Positions 1 to 9,250 of a stretch of 64,000 bases of DNA are shown here, in pieces (position 1 is the stretch's first letter; each line of letters starts with the position of its first letter). Source of the DNA: Desulfosoma sp. (GTDB taxonomy: Bacteria; Desulfobacterota; Syntrophobacteria; Syntrophobacterales; DSM-9756). The notes under the pieces were generated by a model, which had not been told where the DNA came from, did not search any database, and saw only the letters and a program-made list of their open reading frames with translations. Where the stretch lies: NCBI GenBank assembly GCA_037481835.1, contig JBBFKW010000008.1, positions 1 to 64,000 of the forward strand. The letters are read 5' to 3'. The translations under genes were made by a program, and so were the position numbers.

Positions 1-19
1 CCCATCCCCATATCTCCCC

Positions 20-53
20 CCAGCCGGTTTCCTCAAACCGGCTGGTTTTGTTT
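20..53 (+). terminator. Probable intrinsic terminator of a gene upstream of the window
   Basis: Perfect 11-bp inverted repeat CCAGCCGGTTT-cctc-AAACCGGCTGG (20-45) followed by TTTTGTTT. Confidence 0.6.
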
Positions 54-105
54 CAAAACACTTCGATCACCCGTCGGATTTTTCGCCCTCAGGGACGATG
101 CCCGC

Positions 106-501
106 ATGCTTCACACACCCGATGCCCCAAAAATCCCGTGGCAGGCCCTTAAAGCCGCCTTTCAGGACTTTGAGCCCGATCCAGAATGGCTCCGCTTTCC
201 CGCACAGGCCTTCCAAGCCTCCCTGATCCAGCCCGCCCCGCCGTTCGTTCAGCACTGGCTCGAGGCTCGCGCCGCCAAGGACCCGGACCGGCACTCCGCG
301 GTGCGCGCCCTTTATGCTTTCCTCTTGGAACAGCGCTATACGCGAAAACTCAATCTCCTTTATTTCGCCTTCGACCTCTTCGAGGAAACTACGGCCCTGC
401 CCGAAGAGGTCATCGCCCGAACGCCTTATCCTCATGAAGACGGCGTGCCGGCCTTCCGTTACGCCGCGTGCGGGACGATCCGGCAAGGAGGTGGTTCGTG
501 A
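106..501 (+). CDS. Hypothetical protein (131 aa)
   Basis: ORF with natural protein composition; its TGA overlaps the GTG start of the next gene. Confidence 0.65.
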   Translation: MLHTPDAPKIPWQALKAAFQDFEPDPEWLRFPAQAFQASLIQPAPPFVQHWLEARAAKDPDRHSAVRALYAFLLEQRYTRKLNLLYFAFDLFEETTALPEEVIARTPYPHEDGVPAFRYAACGTIRQGGGS

Positions 502-980
502 CCGTTGTCCAGTGCGCCCGAGTGGAAAGGATTGTTCCAGGGCGAGCCTTTGTGAGACTGGAAACGGGGGAAGCCTGCGCGGCCTGTGTTTCGCATGGAA
601 GCTGCCGCCCGATCTCGAGAAGACTCATGGACCGTCTTGTGGAAGTCTCCGATCCCATTGGGGTGCGGCAGGGGGACAGGGTGGAAATCCGTTTTCCCGA
701 AGGTTCACTATGGATCGGCGTTCTTCTGGCTCTTGCGATTCCCGGGGCTGCCATGGTCGCCGGGGCCGCAGCGGGATGGTCCCTGGCGCCCGGCCTCGGG
801 TGGTCTGCAACGGCGGCCGCGGCGACCGGGGGATTTTCCGCCTTGGCGGTGGCTTTCGGCGCGGGGCTCCTCGTTCACCGAGCAAAAGTCCGCTCCGATC
901 GGTATCTTCCTAAGATCACTCGGACTCTGACGACCCGCCCCCACGGGACTCTCCCCATGGCCCGGGAATCCGACATCTAG
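498..980 (+). CDS. RseC/MucC-family (SoxR-reducing system RseC-like) membrane protein
   Basis: GTG at 498 with AAGGAGGT RBS; CxxCxxxxxC motif (ACAACVSHGSC), GVRQGDRVEI motif, two C-terminal hydrophobic helices. Confidence 0.75.
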   Translation: MTVVQCARVERIVPGRAFVRLETGEACAACVSHGSCRPISRRLMDRLVEVSDPIGVRQGDRVEIRFPEGSLWIGVLLALAIPGAAMVAGAAAGWSLAPGLGWSATAAAATGGFSALAVAFGAGLLVHRAKVRSDRYLPKITRTLTTRPHGTLPMARESDI

Positions 981-990
981 AACCGAGCCT

Positions 991-1458
991 TCAATCTCGG
1001 TTATGGGCGGGATTCTTGGGAATGGCCGCCCGGGCCAGAGCGTCGCAGATTTCATTTTCCCGATGGCCCGCATGCCCCGCAATCCAGCGCCATTCCACGT
1101 GATGCCTTTGAACCAAGCGATCCAGGGCCTCCCAGAGTTCCCGATTCTTCACGGGTTCTTTTCCGCTTGTTTTCCAGCCGTTTCTTTTCCACTTGTGGAT
1201 CCACCGGGTTATGCCTTTTTGGAGGTACTGGGAATCGGTATAAAGCACCACATGGCACGGTTCCTTTAAGGCCTTGAGCGCTTCCACGACGGCGGTCAGT
1301 TCCATTTGGTTGTTGGTGGTCCACGGTGAGGCGCCGCTGAGGGTCTTTTCATGGCCCTGGTAACGGAGAAGGGCCGCCCAGCCTCCGGGGCCTGGATTTC
1401 CCGAGCAGGCCCCGTCGGTAAAGATTTCCACGGTTTTCACGGCGTGTCTTTCCGCCAT
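991..1458 (-). CDS. rnhA: Ribonuclease HI
   Basis: [45 protein letters not shown] motifs. Confidence 0.97.
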   Translation of the reverse strand: MAERHAVKTVEIFTDGACSGNPGPGGWAALLRYQGHEKTLSGASPWTTNNQMELTAVVEALKALKEPCHVVLYTDSQYLQKGITRWIHKWKRNGWKTSGKEPVKNRELWEALDRLVQRHHVEWRWIAGHAGHRENEICDALARAAIPKNPAHNRD

Positions 1459-1468
1459 CCTTTATGGT

Positions 1469-2497
1469 TCAGGAAGCGCGCAGGCGCCGGCGCACAAAGC
1501 GGGCATAGGCGTGCGCCGACTTTTTCTTCACGACGTCTTCCAGGTTTTCCAAAGGGATCTCCGCCCGAGCCGCCGCTCGATGGCCTCCGGCGCTTCCCCA
1601 AGGGCTGAAGGCTTTTTGAACGCTGCGGCCGGCGTTTTTGCGATACCCGTCGTTTCGGACGATGACCACCAAAACCTTGTCCACGACGCCGCTGACGATG
1701 CTCCACGAAATATCATGCACTTTAAGGAGAAAATCGGCGAGGACGACCAATATGTCGGCGGAGGGAACTTTCGTGAGATGGGTGTAAATGCGGTCCTTGA
1801 CCACCGTCTTATTCTTGATGGCTTCGCAAAAATAGGTCAAATCCTTGAGGGAAAGGTCGGAAATTTCGATCTTTCGAAGGATCCCTTGATAGACCTTGTC
1901 GTAAAGATAATGGAATGCCCGCACGTCTTCTTCGCGGCTCTGGCGCTCGAAGTTTTGAGTGTCCGTCTTGATGCCGTACATGAGGGCCGTCGCCAGGGTT
2001 CTGGACGGTTTAATCTTGGCGGCGATCAAGTATTCGGTCAGGATGGTGGATGTGGCGCCGTAGTCGGGCCGGATGTCCAAAAACGGGATATCGGGCAAGG
2101 TCGTCACGGGATGGTGGTCGATGACGAGGGAATAAGGAATTTTTTGGAAAAACTCGTTATGGGCGGGCTGGCCGTCCACAAGGAAAAAGCGGTTGAATTC
2201 GTCGAGTTTCTTGTCTTTGACTAGGACGATGGGCAGTTTGAGCAGCCGCACCATGGTGAGGTTGTTCAACCGGCGGATGGGGCGAATGATCCCTACGGTT
2301 GTGGAATAGACGTGCCGCCACAGGAGCCTTTTGAGGGCGAAAGCGGAGGCGATGGAATCGGGGTCCGGATCGATGGTAATCAAGACCCGGTCTTTGCTCT
2401 GCACGAGGCTATAAAGGCGGCTGAGGGCTTCCTTTCTGGAACGGGGCCGAAGGGAAATGGGGCATGAACCGGTGGGAGGCAGCTTGTTTGGCGCCAT
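1469..2497 (-). CDS. DHH/DHHA1-family phosphoesterase (NrnA-like)
   Basis: DPDPDSIASA, LVD, IDHH, GIKTDT, AGGH motifs. Confidence 0.9.
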   Translation of the reverse strand: MAPNKLPPTGSCPISLRPRSRKEALSRLYSLVQSKDRVLITIDPDPDSIASAFALKRLLWRHVYSTTVGIIRPIRRLNNLTMVRLLKLPIVLVKDKKLDEFNRFFLVDGQPAHNEFFQKIPYSLVIDHHPVTTLPDIPFLDIRPDYGATSTILTEYLIAAKIKPSRTLATALMYGIKTDTQNFERQSREEDVRAFHYLYDKVYQGILRKIEISDLSLKDLTYFCEAIKNKTVVKDRIYTHLTKVPSADILVVLADFLLKVHDISWSIVSGVVDKVLVVIVRNDGYRKNAGRSVQKAFSPWGSAGGHRAAARAEIPLENLEDVVKKKSAHAYARFVRRRLRAS

Positions 2498-2532
2498 GGG
2501 AAGCCGTGCCGACCCGCGTCAGGAGATGGACG

Positions 2533-2559
2533 AAAAAAGGGGTGGCATGTCCACCCCTT
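2533..2559 (-). terminator. Intrinsic terminator downstream of tRNA-Gly
   Basis: AAGGGGTGG-catgt-CCACCCCTT inverted repeat with an A-run on + (U-tract on the minus strand). Confidence 0.7.
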
Positions 2560-2569
2560 GGGAGTTTTC

Positions 2570-2644
2570 TGGAGCGGGAAACGGGATTCGAACCCGCGAC
2601 TTCGACCTTGGCAAGGTCGCACTCTACCGCTGAGTTATTCCCGC
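2570..2644 (-). tRNA. tRNA-Gly (anticodon GCC), CCA encoded
   Basis: Reverse complement reads GCGGGAATAACTCAGCGGTAGAGTGCGACCTTGCCAAGGTCGAAGTCGCGGGTTCGAATCCCGTTTCCCGCTCCA. Confidence 0.97.
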
Positions 2645-2658
2645 TCAGCTCGAGGAGT

Positions 2659-2724
2659 CATTTACCCAAGAGCGCTTGCGGAGTCAAGGAAAATTTTGCT
2701 CTAACGTCCGATAAGATATATTAT
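2659..2724. promoter_or_regulatory. Divergent sigma-70-like promoters for tRNA-Gly (-) and the HDAC gene (+)
   Basis: Minus: TTGACT(2687-2682)-N17-TAAATG; plus: TTGCTC(2696-2701)-N17-TATTAT(2719-2724). Confidence 0.5.
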
Positions 2725-2748
2725 GTAAACTAATAAAAAGGGGCGGCC

Positions 2749-3651
2749 ATGACCACGGGTATCCTCTATCACCCCAGTTTCAGCCGGCGCAGTTACCTCA
2801 CTCAAGGCTCCCGCCTCCAGGACTTTCCCCGGGCCCTGGAGCCTTTGTTGAAAGATCCCCGGTTCGTGCTCTTGGAATCCCCGCCCATCGACGAAGCGTG
2901 GGTTCTCAAGGTGCACACCCCGGAGCTCCTGGAAGGCGTCTACCGCGACCCCTTGTGTTCCACCGCCTGGCATTCGGCCGGGGGGGTCGTCTTGGGCGCC
3001 GAAAAGATCGCTTTGGGGGAGATTCGAAACGCGTTCGCCTTTATCGGAGCCGGAGGGCATCACAGCGGGCGGGATTTTTTCGGGGGCTACTGCTGCTTTA
3101 ATGATGTCGTCCTCGCCATGACGGTCCTTCGGGAACGCTACGGGGTGCGTCGTTTCGCCATTTTGGACACCGACGCCCATCACGGCGACGGCACCCGTGA
3201 TTTGGTCCGCAGCGATCCGGATGTTCTCCACGTCTGTGTGTGCTACAGCGCCTATGAGTCCCCCGACGGCACCAAGGTGGATGTCCCCGTTCCGGGCGGC
3301 CCGTCATTGTGGCGGGCGTTTCCGTGGCACGAGCGCACCGAGGCGGAAGGATCCGAATGGGACATGGACCGGCGGTACTACGAGGTGGCCCGTGAGGCGT
3401 TCTATGAACGGTGTGTGCGGTTTGCGCCGGAGCTCATCTTCTGGTACTTCGGCTTCGACACGCATCGGGGAGACTACGGCGACATCGGCCTTACGCGCAA
3501 GGCCTATCTCCTTATCGCGCACATGATGAAAGAACTGGCGGACAACGTCTGCGAGGGGCGTCTGGAAGTGGTCTTGGGCGGCGGATCCCGAAGCGACATC
3601 GCTCGCGACTGCATTCCCCCGATCATCGCCATCTTGGGAGGCCGTTCATGA
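2749..3651 (+). CDS. Histone deacetylase-family (Zn-dependent amidohydrolase) protein
   Basis: GGHH, GYCCFND, DTDAHHGDGT, GFDTHRGD motifs. Confidence 0.9.
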   Translation: MTTGILYHPSFSRRSYLTQGSRLQDFPRALEPLLKDPRFVLLESPPIDEAWVLKVHTPELLEGVYRDPLCSTAWHSAGGVVLGAEKIALGEIRNAFAFIGAGGHHSGRDFFGGYCCFNDVVLAMTVLRERYGVRRFAILDTDAHHGDGTRDLVRSDPDVLHVCVCYSAYESPDGTKVDVPVPGGPSLWRAFPWHERTEAEGSEWDMDRRYYEVAREAFYERCVRFAPELIFWYFGFDTHRGDYGDIGLTRKAYLLIAHMMKELADNVCEGRLEVVLGGGSRSDIARDCIPPIIAILGGRS

Positions 3652-4439
3652 GTGGACCCATGCCGCCGAAGACCCTGGCCAAGACCCTGGCCGCCATAGC
3701 CTGCTCCATGCCCGGGGAATACGGTCTTTTCTGGGATGATGACGGCACCATGCCGTGGAAGGAATTTTATTGGGCCTTGCAGGAGGATCCCCGGCTGCGT
3801 TTCGTTCGGGAATCCACCGTGAAGGAATTGTCTTTGTTGGGCTTCGCCCTGCCCTTCGTCGTGGAAGGATCCCGGATACGGCTCCTGGAAAGGCCTCCCG
3901 GCACCCGCTACTCAGAAGTGGCGGACCCTCCGGCACGTCTTTTTGCGGCGATCCGCCGACGGCAGCTCACGGCGGCTCGATCGGAGGGGCTTCGAGCCCT
4001 GCATCGGTCTTACGTGCCCTTGTGGACGGACAAGAGCACGGCGGAACGCATGGCGCGCCGTCGCGGCGGGGACCCTCTGGCATTGGAAGTCCTCGCTCGG
4101 GAGGCCTGTGCCTCCGGGAGCCGCTTTTACAAAGCGGGGGACTTCCTGTTTTTGACCAAGGCCGTTGACCCCGCCCATCTGGTTTTTCCGAAGGCGGCTC
4201 TTGAAGAAGAATCTGAAAAAGGTGCCGGAAAACCGAAGCGGTCCCCGAAAGGCGAAGATCGGGTCAGACCCGACGCGATGCCGGGCTCATTCGCCGTGGA
4301 CCCTCGGCATATGAAAGGATTCTTTCCGGACTGGGCTGCCGAGGGGGAGCCGAAGAGAGAGCCGTTGGCGAAAAAAGGGAAAAAAGAAGGCAGTTGGAAA
4401 CGCGCTGCCCGAAAAGAACGGCGAAAGCGGGAAATCTGA
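3648..4439 (+). CDS. Divergent RNA 2'-phosphotransferase (KptA/Tpt1)-like protein (263 aa)
   Basis: ATG at 3648 overlaps the HDAC stop (ATGA); PGEYGLFWDDDG and GL-x4-R-YV-x-L...A...RR...GSRFYKAG...FLTKAVDPAHL follow the Tpt1 layout, but the key residues are altered. Confidence 0.6.
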   Translation: MSGPMPPKTLAKTLAAIACSMPGEYGLFWDDDGTMPWKEFYWALQEDPRLRFVRESTVKELSLLGFALPFVVEGSRIRLLERPPGTRYSEVADPPARLFAAIRRRQLTAARSEGLRALHRSYVPLWTDKSTAERMARRRGGDPLALEVLAREACASGSRFYKAGDFLFLTKAVDPAHLVFPKAALEEESEKGAGKPKRSPKGEDRVRPDAMPGSFAVDPRHMKGFFPDWAAEGEPKREPLAKKGKKEGSWKRAARKERRKREI

Positions 4440-5156
4440 TCACGAGGTATGGCCGCCGCCGAGATAGGCCTTTTGCACGTCGGGATTGGCCAGGAGCTTG
4501 GCGGCCTCATCTTCCAGGGCGATCCGGCCGAGTTCCATGACATAGCCCCTGTGGGCGAGCTTAAGGGCCGCCCGGGCGTTTTGTTCCACGAGAACCACGG
4601 TGACTCCTGAGGCGTTGATGGCCTTGAGGGTCTCGAAGATGGTCTTGACCAGAAGCGGCGCCAGGCCCAGGCTCGGTTCGTCCAAGAGGAGGATTCTGGG
4701 GCGGCTCATCAAACCTCGAGCGATGGCGAGCATCTGCTGCTCCCCGCCGCTCAGGGTGCCGGCGAGCTGGCGGCGCCGTTCGGCGAGGATGGGGAAAAGT
4801 TCGTAGATCCATTCCAGCGTTTGAGGGATTTGGGCCGTGTCGGAACGGGTGAAGGCGCCCAGGTTCAGGTTTTCCTGAACGGTGAGGGTTCCGAAAATGC
4901 GGCGCCCTTCGGGCACATGGGCCACGCCCCGGCGGACCACTTCATGGGGCGGCAGCTTGTGAAGGGGCGTGTCGTCCAGTGTGACGGCGCCTCCGGACGG
5001 TTTCACCAGCCCGCTGATGGTGAGCAGCGTCGTGGATTTTCCCGCGCCGTTGGCCCCGAGAATGGTCACAATCTCCCCCCGTTTCACGGTGAGGTCGATG
5101 CCGTGAAGGACCTCGATATTTCCGTACTTGACGCGAAGGTCCACGAGTTGGAGCAT
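4440..5156 (-). CDS. livF: Branched-chain amino acid (HAAT) ABC transporter ATPase
   Basis: GANGAGKST, VPEGRRIF, LSGGEQQMLAIAR, LDEPSLGLAP. Confidence 0.93.
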   Translation of the reverse strand: MLQLVDLRVKYGNIEVLHGIDLTVKRGEIVTILGANGAGKSTTLLTISGLVKPSGGAVTLDDTPLHKLPPHEVVRRGVAHVPEGRRIFGTLTVQENLNLGAFTRSDTAQIPQTLEWIYELFPILAERRRQLAGTLSGGEQQMLAIARGLMSRPRILLLDEPSLGLAPLLVKTIFETLKAINASGVTVVLVEQNARAALKLAHRGYVMELGRIALEDEAAKLLANPDVQKAYLGGGHTS

Positions 5157-5157
5157 T

Positions 5158-5922
5158 TCAGTCTTCTTCCGTTCCCAGGTACGCCTCGATGACTCGGGGA
5201 TTCGTCTTGATTTCCGTCGGGGTTCCTTCGGCGATCTTCGATCCGTACTCCAAGACCACGATCTTTTCGCACACGCGCATGACGAGGCTCATGTCGTGCT
5301 CGATGAGAAGCACCGTGATCCCTTGCTCCTGGATCTTTCGGATGAGATCGATGAGAGCCGTCGTTTCCTGTTCATTCATGCCGCCGGCGGGTTCGTCCAA
5401 AATGAGCAGTTTGGGCTCTGTGGCCAAGGCCCTGGCCACTTCCAGGAGCCTTTGATTTCCGTAGGAAAGGTTCTTCGCTTGTTGGAGCGCGTTTTGGTCA
5501 AGTCCCACGAAAGCCAGGGCGTTCATGGCCTGTTCGACGGCCTTTTTTTCTTCCCGGCGGTGCCGTGCCAGGCCCAGCATGGCCGAGACGGCTCCTGAAC
5601 GCATTCGGCAATGGCATCCGGCCAGAACGTTTTCCAACACGGTGAGATTTTGAAAGAGGCGGATGGTTTGAAACGTTCGGCCGATCCCCAAGGCGATGAT
5701 CCGGTGCGTGCGAAGCCCCAGCAGCGAGGTGTTGTTGAAGAGGATTTCGCCCTGATCGGGGCGATAGATGCCCGTGATGAGGTTGAAGACCGTTGTCTTT
5801 CCCGCGCCGTTGGGCCCGATGAGGCCCACGATGCTTCCCGGCTCAACGTCGAAAGAGACGTTGTGGACGGCTGTGAGGCCGCCGAAGGACTTGGTCAATC
5901 GCCGCAGGCTCAGCAGACTCAT
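5158..5922 (-). CDS. livG: HAAT ABC transporter ATPase
   Basis: FGGLTAV, GPNGAGKTT, RTFQ, LSYG, LDEPAGGMN, VIEAYLG. Confidence 0.93.
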   Translation of the reverse strand: MSLLSLRRLTKSFGGLTAVHNVSFDVEPGSIVGLIGPNGAGKTTVFNLITGIYRPDQGEILFNNTSLLGLRTHRIIALGIGRTFQTIRLFQNLTVLENVLAGCHCRMRSGAVSAMLGLARHRREEKKAVEQAMNALAFVGLDQNALQQAKNLSYGNQRLLEVARALATEPKLLILDEPAGGMNEQETTALIDLIRKIQEQGITVLLIEHDMSLVMRVCEKIVVLEYGSKIAEGTPTEIKTNPRVIEAYLGTEED

Positions 5923-6878
5923 GCCGATTCCTCCGCGGCGGCCTTTGCGGGCAGCGCATACCGACGCGGCCGGGCCGGCAGGATCCCGCCGGTTCGGAAG
6001 ATCATCATGGCGATCATGGCGGCCCCGAAAACCATCATGCGCGCATTGGTGAAGCCACGAAACACCTCGGGCAGCCCCACAATGAGGAATGCTCCCAAAA
6101 GGACGCCGGGGATGCTTCCCGACCCGCCCAGGATGATCAGGGTGAACATGACCACGGATTCCCAGAAGCTAAACGATTCCGGCGCAATGATGGTCATCTT
6201 GGCCGCATAGATGTTGCCCACCATGCCCGCCCAGGCCGCGCCGATGACGAAGGCCATGAGCTTGTAATGGGCTGTGTCGATGCCACTGCCCTCGGCGGCC
6301 GTTTCATCCTCGCGGAGGTAGTTCAAGGCCCTGCCGAACCGGGAATTTTCCAGCCGATGGAAGAGGAAGGCCGTCAAAGCCACGAAAGCCCAGATGAGAT
6401 AGAAAAAATCCTGGGGCCTGCGAATGATCCAGCCGAACACGTTGGGCCGGGCGATGCCGAAGATCCCGTTGGCGCCTCCGGTGATGCCGAAGACATTGTT
6501 GATGAGCGCGATACGGACGATTTCTCCGACGCCGATGGTGACGATGCACAGATAATCCCCCCGGAGATGAATGATGGGCCGGGCGATGATCATGGCGAAC
6601 AGGCCGGCCGTCAGGCCGCACAGGGGCATGAGCGCCAGGATGGGGATGTGGTACTTGGTGTTGAGAATGGCCGCAGTGTAGGCCCCCACGGCGTAGAAGG
6701 CGGCGTGTCCCAGGTTGAAAAGGCCCGCATGGCCGACGATGAGGTTCAGGCTGAGCCCGAGGGCGGCGTAGAGACCGATGCTGTTAAGCACATCGGTCCA
6801 GTAGGCGTTCAGAAACAGAGGGCTGACGGCCAAGAGCGCGGCGATTCCCCCATAGATCAGGACACGTTTTCCCATCAT
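5919..6878 (-). CDS. livM: HAAT ABC transporter permease
   Basis: LGHAAFYAVGAY, LRGDYL, SRFGRA, EDETAA, LGGSGS. Confidence 0.92.
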   Translation of the reverse strand: MMGKRVLIYGGIAALLAVSPLFLNAYWTDVLNSIGLYAALGLSLNLIVGHAGLFNLGHAAFYAVGAYTAAILNTKYHIPILALMPLCGLTAGLFAMIIARPIIHLRGDYLCIVTIGVGEIVRIALINNVFGITGGANGIFGIARPNVFGWIIRRPQDFFYLIWAFVALTAFLFHRLENSRFGRALNYLREDETAAEGSGIDTAHYKLMAFVIGAAWAGMVGNIYAAKMTIIAPESFSFWESVVMFTLIILGGSGSIPGVLLGAFLIVGLPEVFRGFTNARMMVFGAAMIAMMIFRTGGILPARPRRYALPAKAAAEESA

Positions 6879-7780
6879 ACCTTCTCAGCCACCCGTTCGC
6901 CCAAGAGCCCGGTAGGGCGCACAATGAGAATGAAAATGAGGACGCCGAAAGCGATGGCATCCTTCCATGCAATGGAGAGATAGGCGGCTCCCAAAGCTTC
7001 AATGACGCCGAGGAGAATCCCTCCCACCATGGCTCCGGGGATGTTGCCGATGCCCCCCAAGATGGCCGCCGTAAAAGCCTTGAGACCGTAGACCCAGCCC
7101 ATGGTGAAATTGATCTGGCCGTAGTGCAGTCCCACCATCAGGCCCGCGGCGCCGCCCAAGGCCGGCCCGATAAGAAAGACCATGAGGATCACTCGGTTGA
7201 CGTCGATCCCCATGAGGCGTGCGGCGTCTTGGTCGATGGCCGCCGCACGGATGGCCGTGCCGATCTTGGTCTTTTGGATAAAAGTGTACAGACCAACCAT
7301 CATCACGATGGATGTGCACAAGATGAGGACCCTCACGAGAGGGATGTAAAGCCCGAACAGGTCGATGGCCGTCTTGGGCAGAATGTTTTGCGGGTAAACT
7401 TGGAAGCGGGCTCCGTAGATGAGCATGAGCGTGTTGGAAAAGAAGATGGACGCCCCGAGGGCAGAAACCACGGCGGAAAGTCGCGGGGAATGGCGAAGCG
7501 GTCGGTACGCCACCCGTTCCAGCAAGGCGCCCACGAGGGCTACGAGCCCCATGACCATCAGCGCCAGGAGCAGGATGCCGGCTCCCGGCCCCAGTCGGTC
7601 CGTCAGAGCCAGGGACGTGAGCAAGGTCAGACCCAGGTAGGATCCGATGGTGAACAAGTCCCCATGGGCGAAATTAATGAGCTTCAGGACACCGTAGACC
7701 ATGGTGTAGCCCAAGGCGATCAGCGCGTAAATGCCGCCGACGGCGAGCCCGTTGGTCAGTTGCTGAAAGAATTCTTCCAT
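6875..7780 (-). CDS. livH: HAAT ABC transporter permease
   Basis: YALIALGYTMVYGVLKLINFAHG, KAFTAAILGGIG. Confidence 0.93.
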   Translation of the reverse strand: MEEFFQQLTNGLAVGGIYALIALGYTMVYGVLKLINFAHGDLFTIGSYLGLTLLTSLALTDRLGPGAGILLLALMVMGLVALVGALLERVAYRPLRHSPRLSAVVSALGASIFFSNTLMLIYGARFQVYPQNILPKTAIDLFGLYIPLVRVLILCTSIVMMVGLYTFIQKTKIGTAIRAAAIDQDAARLMGIDVNRVILMVFLIGPALGGAAGLMVGLHYGQINFTMGWVYGLKAFTAAILGGIGNIPGAMVGGILLGVIEALGAAYLSIAWKDAIAFGVLIFILIVRPTGLLGERVAEKV

Positions 7781-7898
7781 GGGGTTTGCAGTCTAGTCAA
7801 CGATTCAGAGGGTTGCCGAATGGGCGGAAGAGCGGCCCGGACCTGCCGTCGCACGGGGCCCGAAGCCGCTCGTCCCGACAAGGGCGGGGTTTTCGGTT

Positions 7899-9023
7899 TT
7901 ACGGCTGCAGGATGAAGTTGCCCTCTGCATCCACCTTGTAGACACGATACACTTCCCCGACACGGTCGCCCTTTTCGTTGAAGGCGATCTTTCCGGTGAG
8001 GCCGGCGAATTCTTTCAGATCTTTATGGAGGTAGTCGGCCAGCTTTTCAGGATCCGTGGATTTGGTGGCCTGGATGGCGGCGGTGATGACGCGGAAGCCG
8101 TCACCGGCCAGAACGGCGTAGATGGAATTGGGCGCATGGCCGTATTTTTTCGTGAATTCATCGAGAAAAGCCTTGGCTTCCGGCGAAGGCAGATCTTTGG
8201 GCAGCGGGGCGCTCAAGAAGTAGAAACCTTGGGCCGCGTCCTTGCCGGCGATTTTCACCAGGTCCGGGTTGTTCGTGGCATCGCCGCCGATGAACGGCAC
8301 GTTCCAGTTCATTTCCTTCTTCTGGCGCAGAAGCAACCCGGCCTCCGGGTAGTATCCCGTGAAGAACACCACATCGGGGTTGGCCCCTTTGAGCTTCGTG
8401 AGGATGGCGGTGTAGTCGCGCTCTCCGGGAGTCAGCGCGTCAAAGAAGACGATTTTTGCGCCCTTCCCTTCCAGGAGCCCTTTGGCTTCGTCCGCGAGCC
8501 CCTTGGCGTAGGTGGTGTTGTCATGGAGAATGGCCACGTTCTTGAATCCGAGCTTCTCAATGGCCTGCACGGCCACCCGGCCTTGTTCATCGTCTCGAGG
8601 ACAGGTGCGGAAGAAATACTTCAGTCCCTTTTCCGAAAGGCGAATGGCGGTGGAGCCGTTGGCGATCTGGATGATCTTGGATTCGTTGTAAATGTTCTGC
8701 GTGGCTTCGGTAACCGAAGAGCCGTACGTGCCAATGACGGCCACGATGCCCTGTGTGGCCAAGCGCTGTGCCGCCAGGGCCGCCGTTCTGGGATCGCCGC
8801 CGTCGTCGTCGGCGATGACTTCCACCTTCTTGCCCAAGACCCCGCCTTTGGCGTTGAGATCGGCGGCCAGGAGGTCCAAAACCTGCTTCATTTCCTGCCC
8901 TTCACTGGCCCACGGCCCGGTCATGGGCCCCATGAGGCCGATCTTGACGGTGTCCGCCATGGCTGAAACCGCACCGCCGACCAAGAGGCACAGCGCCATC
9001 CATCCTACGAGCATTCTTTTCAT
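7899..9023 (-). CDS. livK: HAAT ABC transporter periplasmic substrate-binding protein (LivK/LivJ family)
   Basis: ATG at 9023 with GAGGAGG RBS; signal peptide; KIGLMGPMTG, NAKGGVLG, FRTCPRDDEQG, FNEKGDR. Confidence 0.88.
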   Translation of the reverse strand: MKRMLVGWMALCLLVGGAVSAMADTVKIGLMGPMTGPWASEGQEMKQVLDLLAADLNAKGGVLGKKVEVIADDDGGDPRTAALAAQRLATQGIVAVIGTYGSSVTEATQNIYNESKIIQIANGSTAIRLSEKGLKYFFRTCPRDDEQGRVAVQAIEKLGFKNVAILHDNTTYAKGLADEAKGLLEGKGAKIVFFDALTPGERDYTAILTKLKGANPDVVFFTGYYPEAGLLLRQKKEMNWNVPFIGGDATNNPDLVKIAGKDAAQGFYFLSAPLPKDLPSPEAKAFLDEFTKKYGHAPNSIYAVLAGDGFRVITAAIQATKSTDPEKLADYLHKDLKEFAGLTGKIAFNEKGDRVGEVYRVYKVDAEGNFILQP

Positions 9024-9105
9024 GGGTTCCTCCTCGTGTGCTGAAATTGTGCCGCTCCGACTCCCCATCCGCCCTGTCCATTGGGCTCAATGCAAAAGTG
9101 TGCGG

Positions 9106-9142
9106 AAGATATCAAAAAAAATCGCACTCTGTCAACTTGACA
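9106..9142. promoter_or_regulatory. Palindrome TGTCAA-C-TTGACA (two back-to-back -35 hexamers); minus-strand promoter for the liv operon
   Basis: 9130-9142 is a perfect palindrome; the minus strand reads TTGACA-N18-TATCTT(9111-9106). Confidence 0.55.
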
Positions 9143-9250
9143 ACCGAGCGGGAAACGGGATTTGCTTGAACAGGATGAGTTGAACGGTTTCTCCGGGACG
9201 CCTCGAGGCAAAGCCATGACGGCCCCACAAGCGGAAGAGGAGCGGCGCTG

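Noticed and set aside
2570..2644. tRNA-Gly as an island integration site
   Set aside because: No integrase, no duplicated tRNA 3' end noticed in the window, and flanking genes are housekeeping
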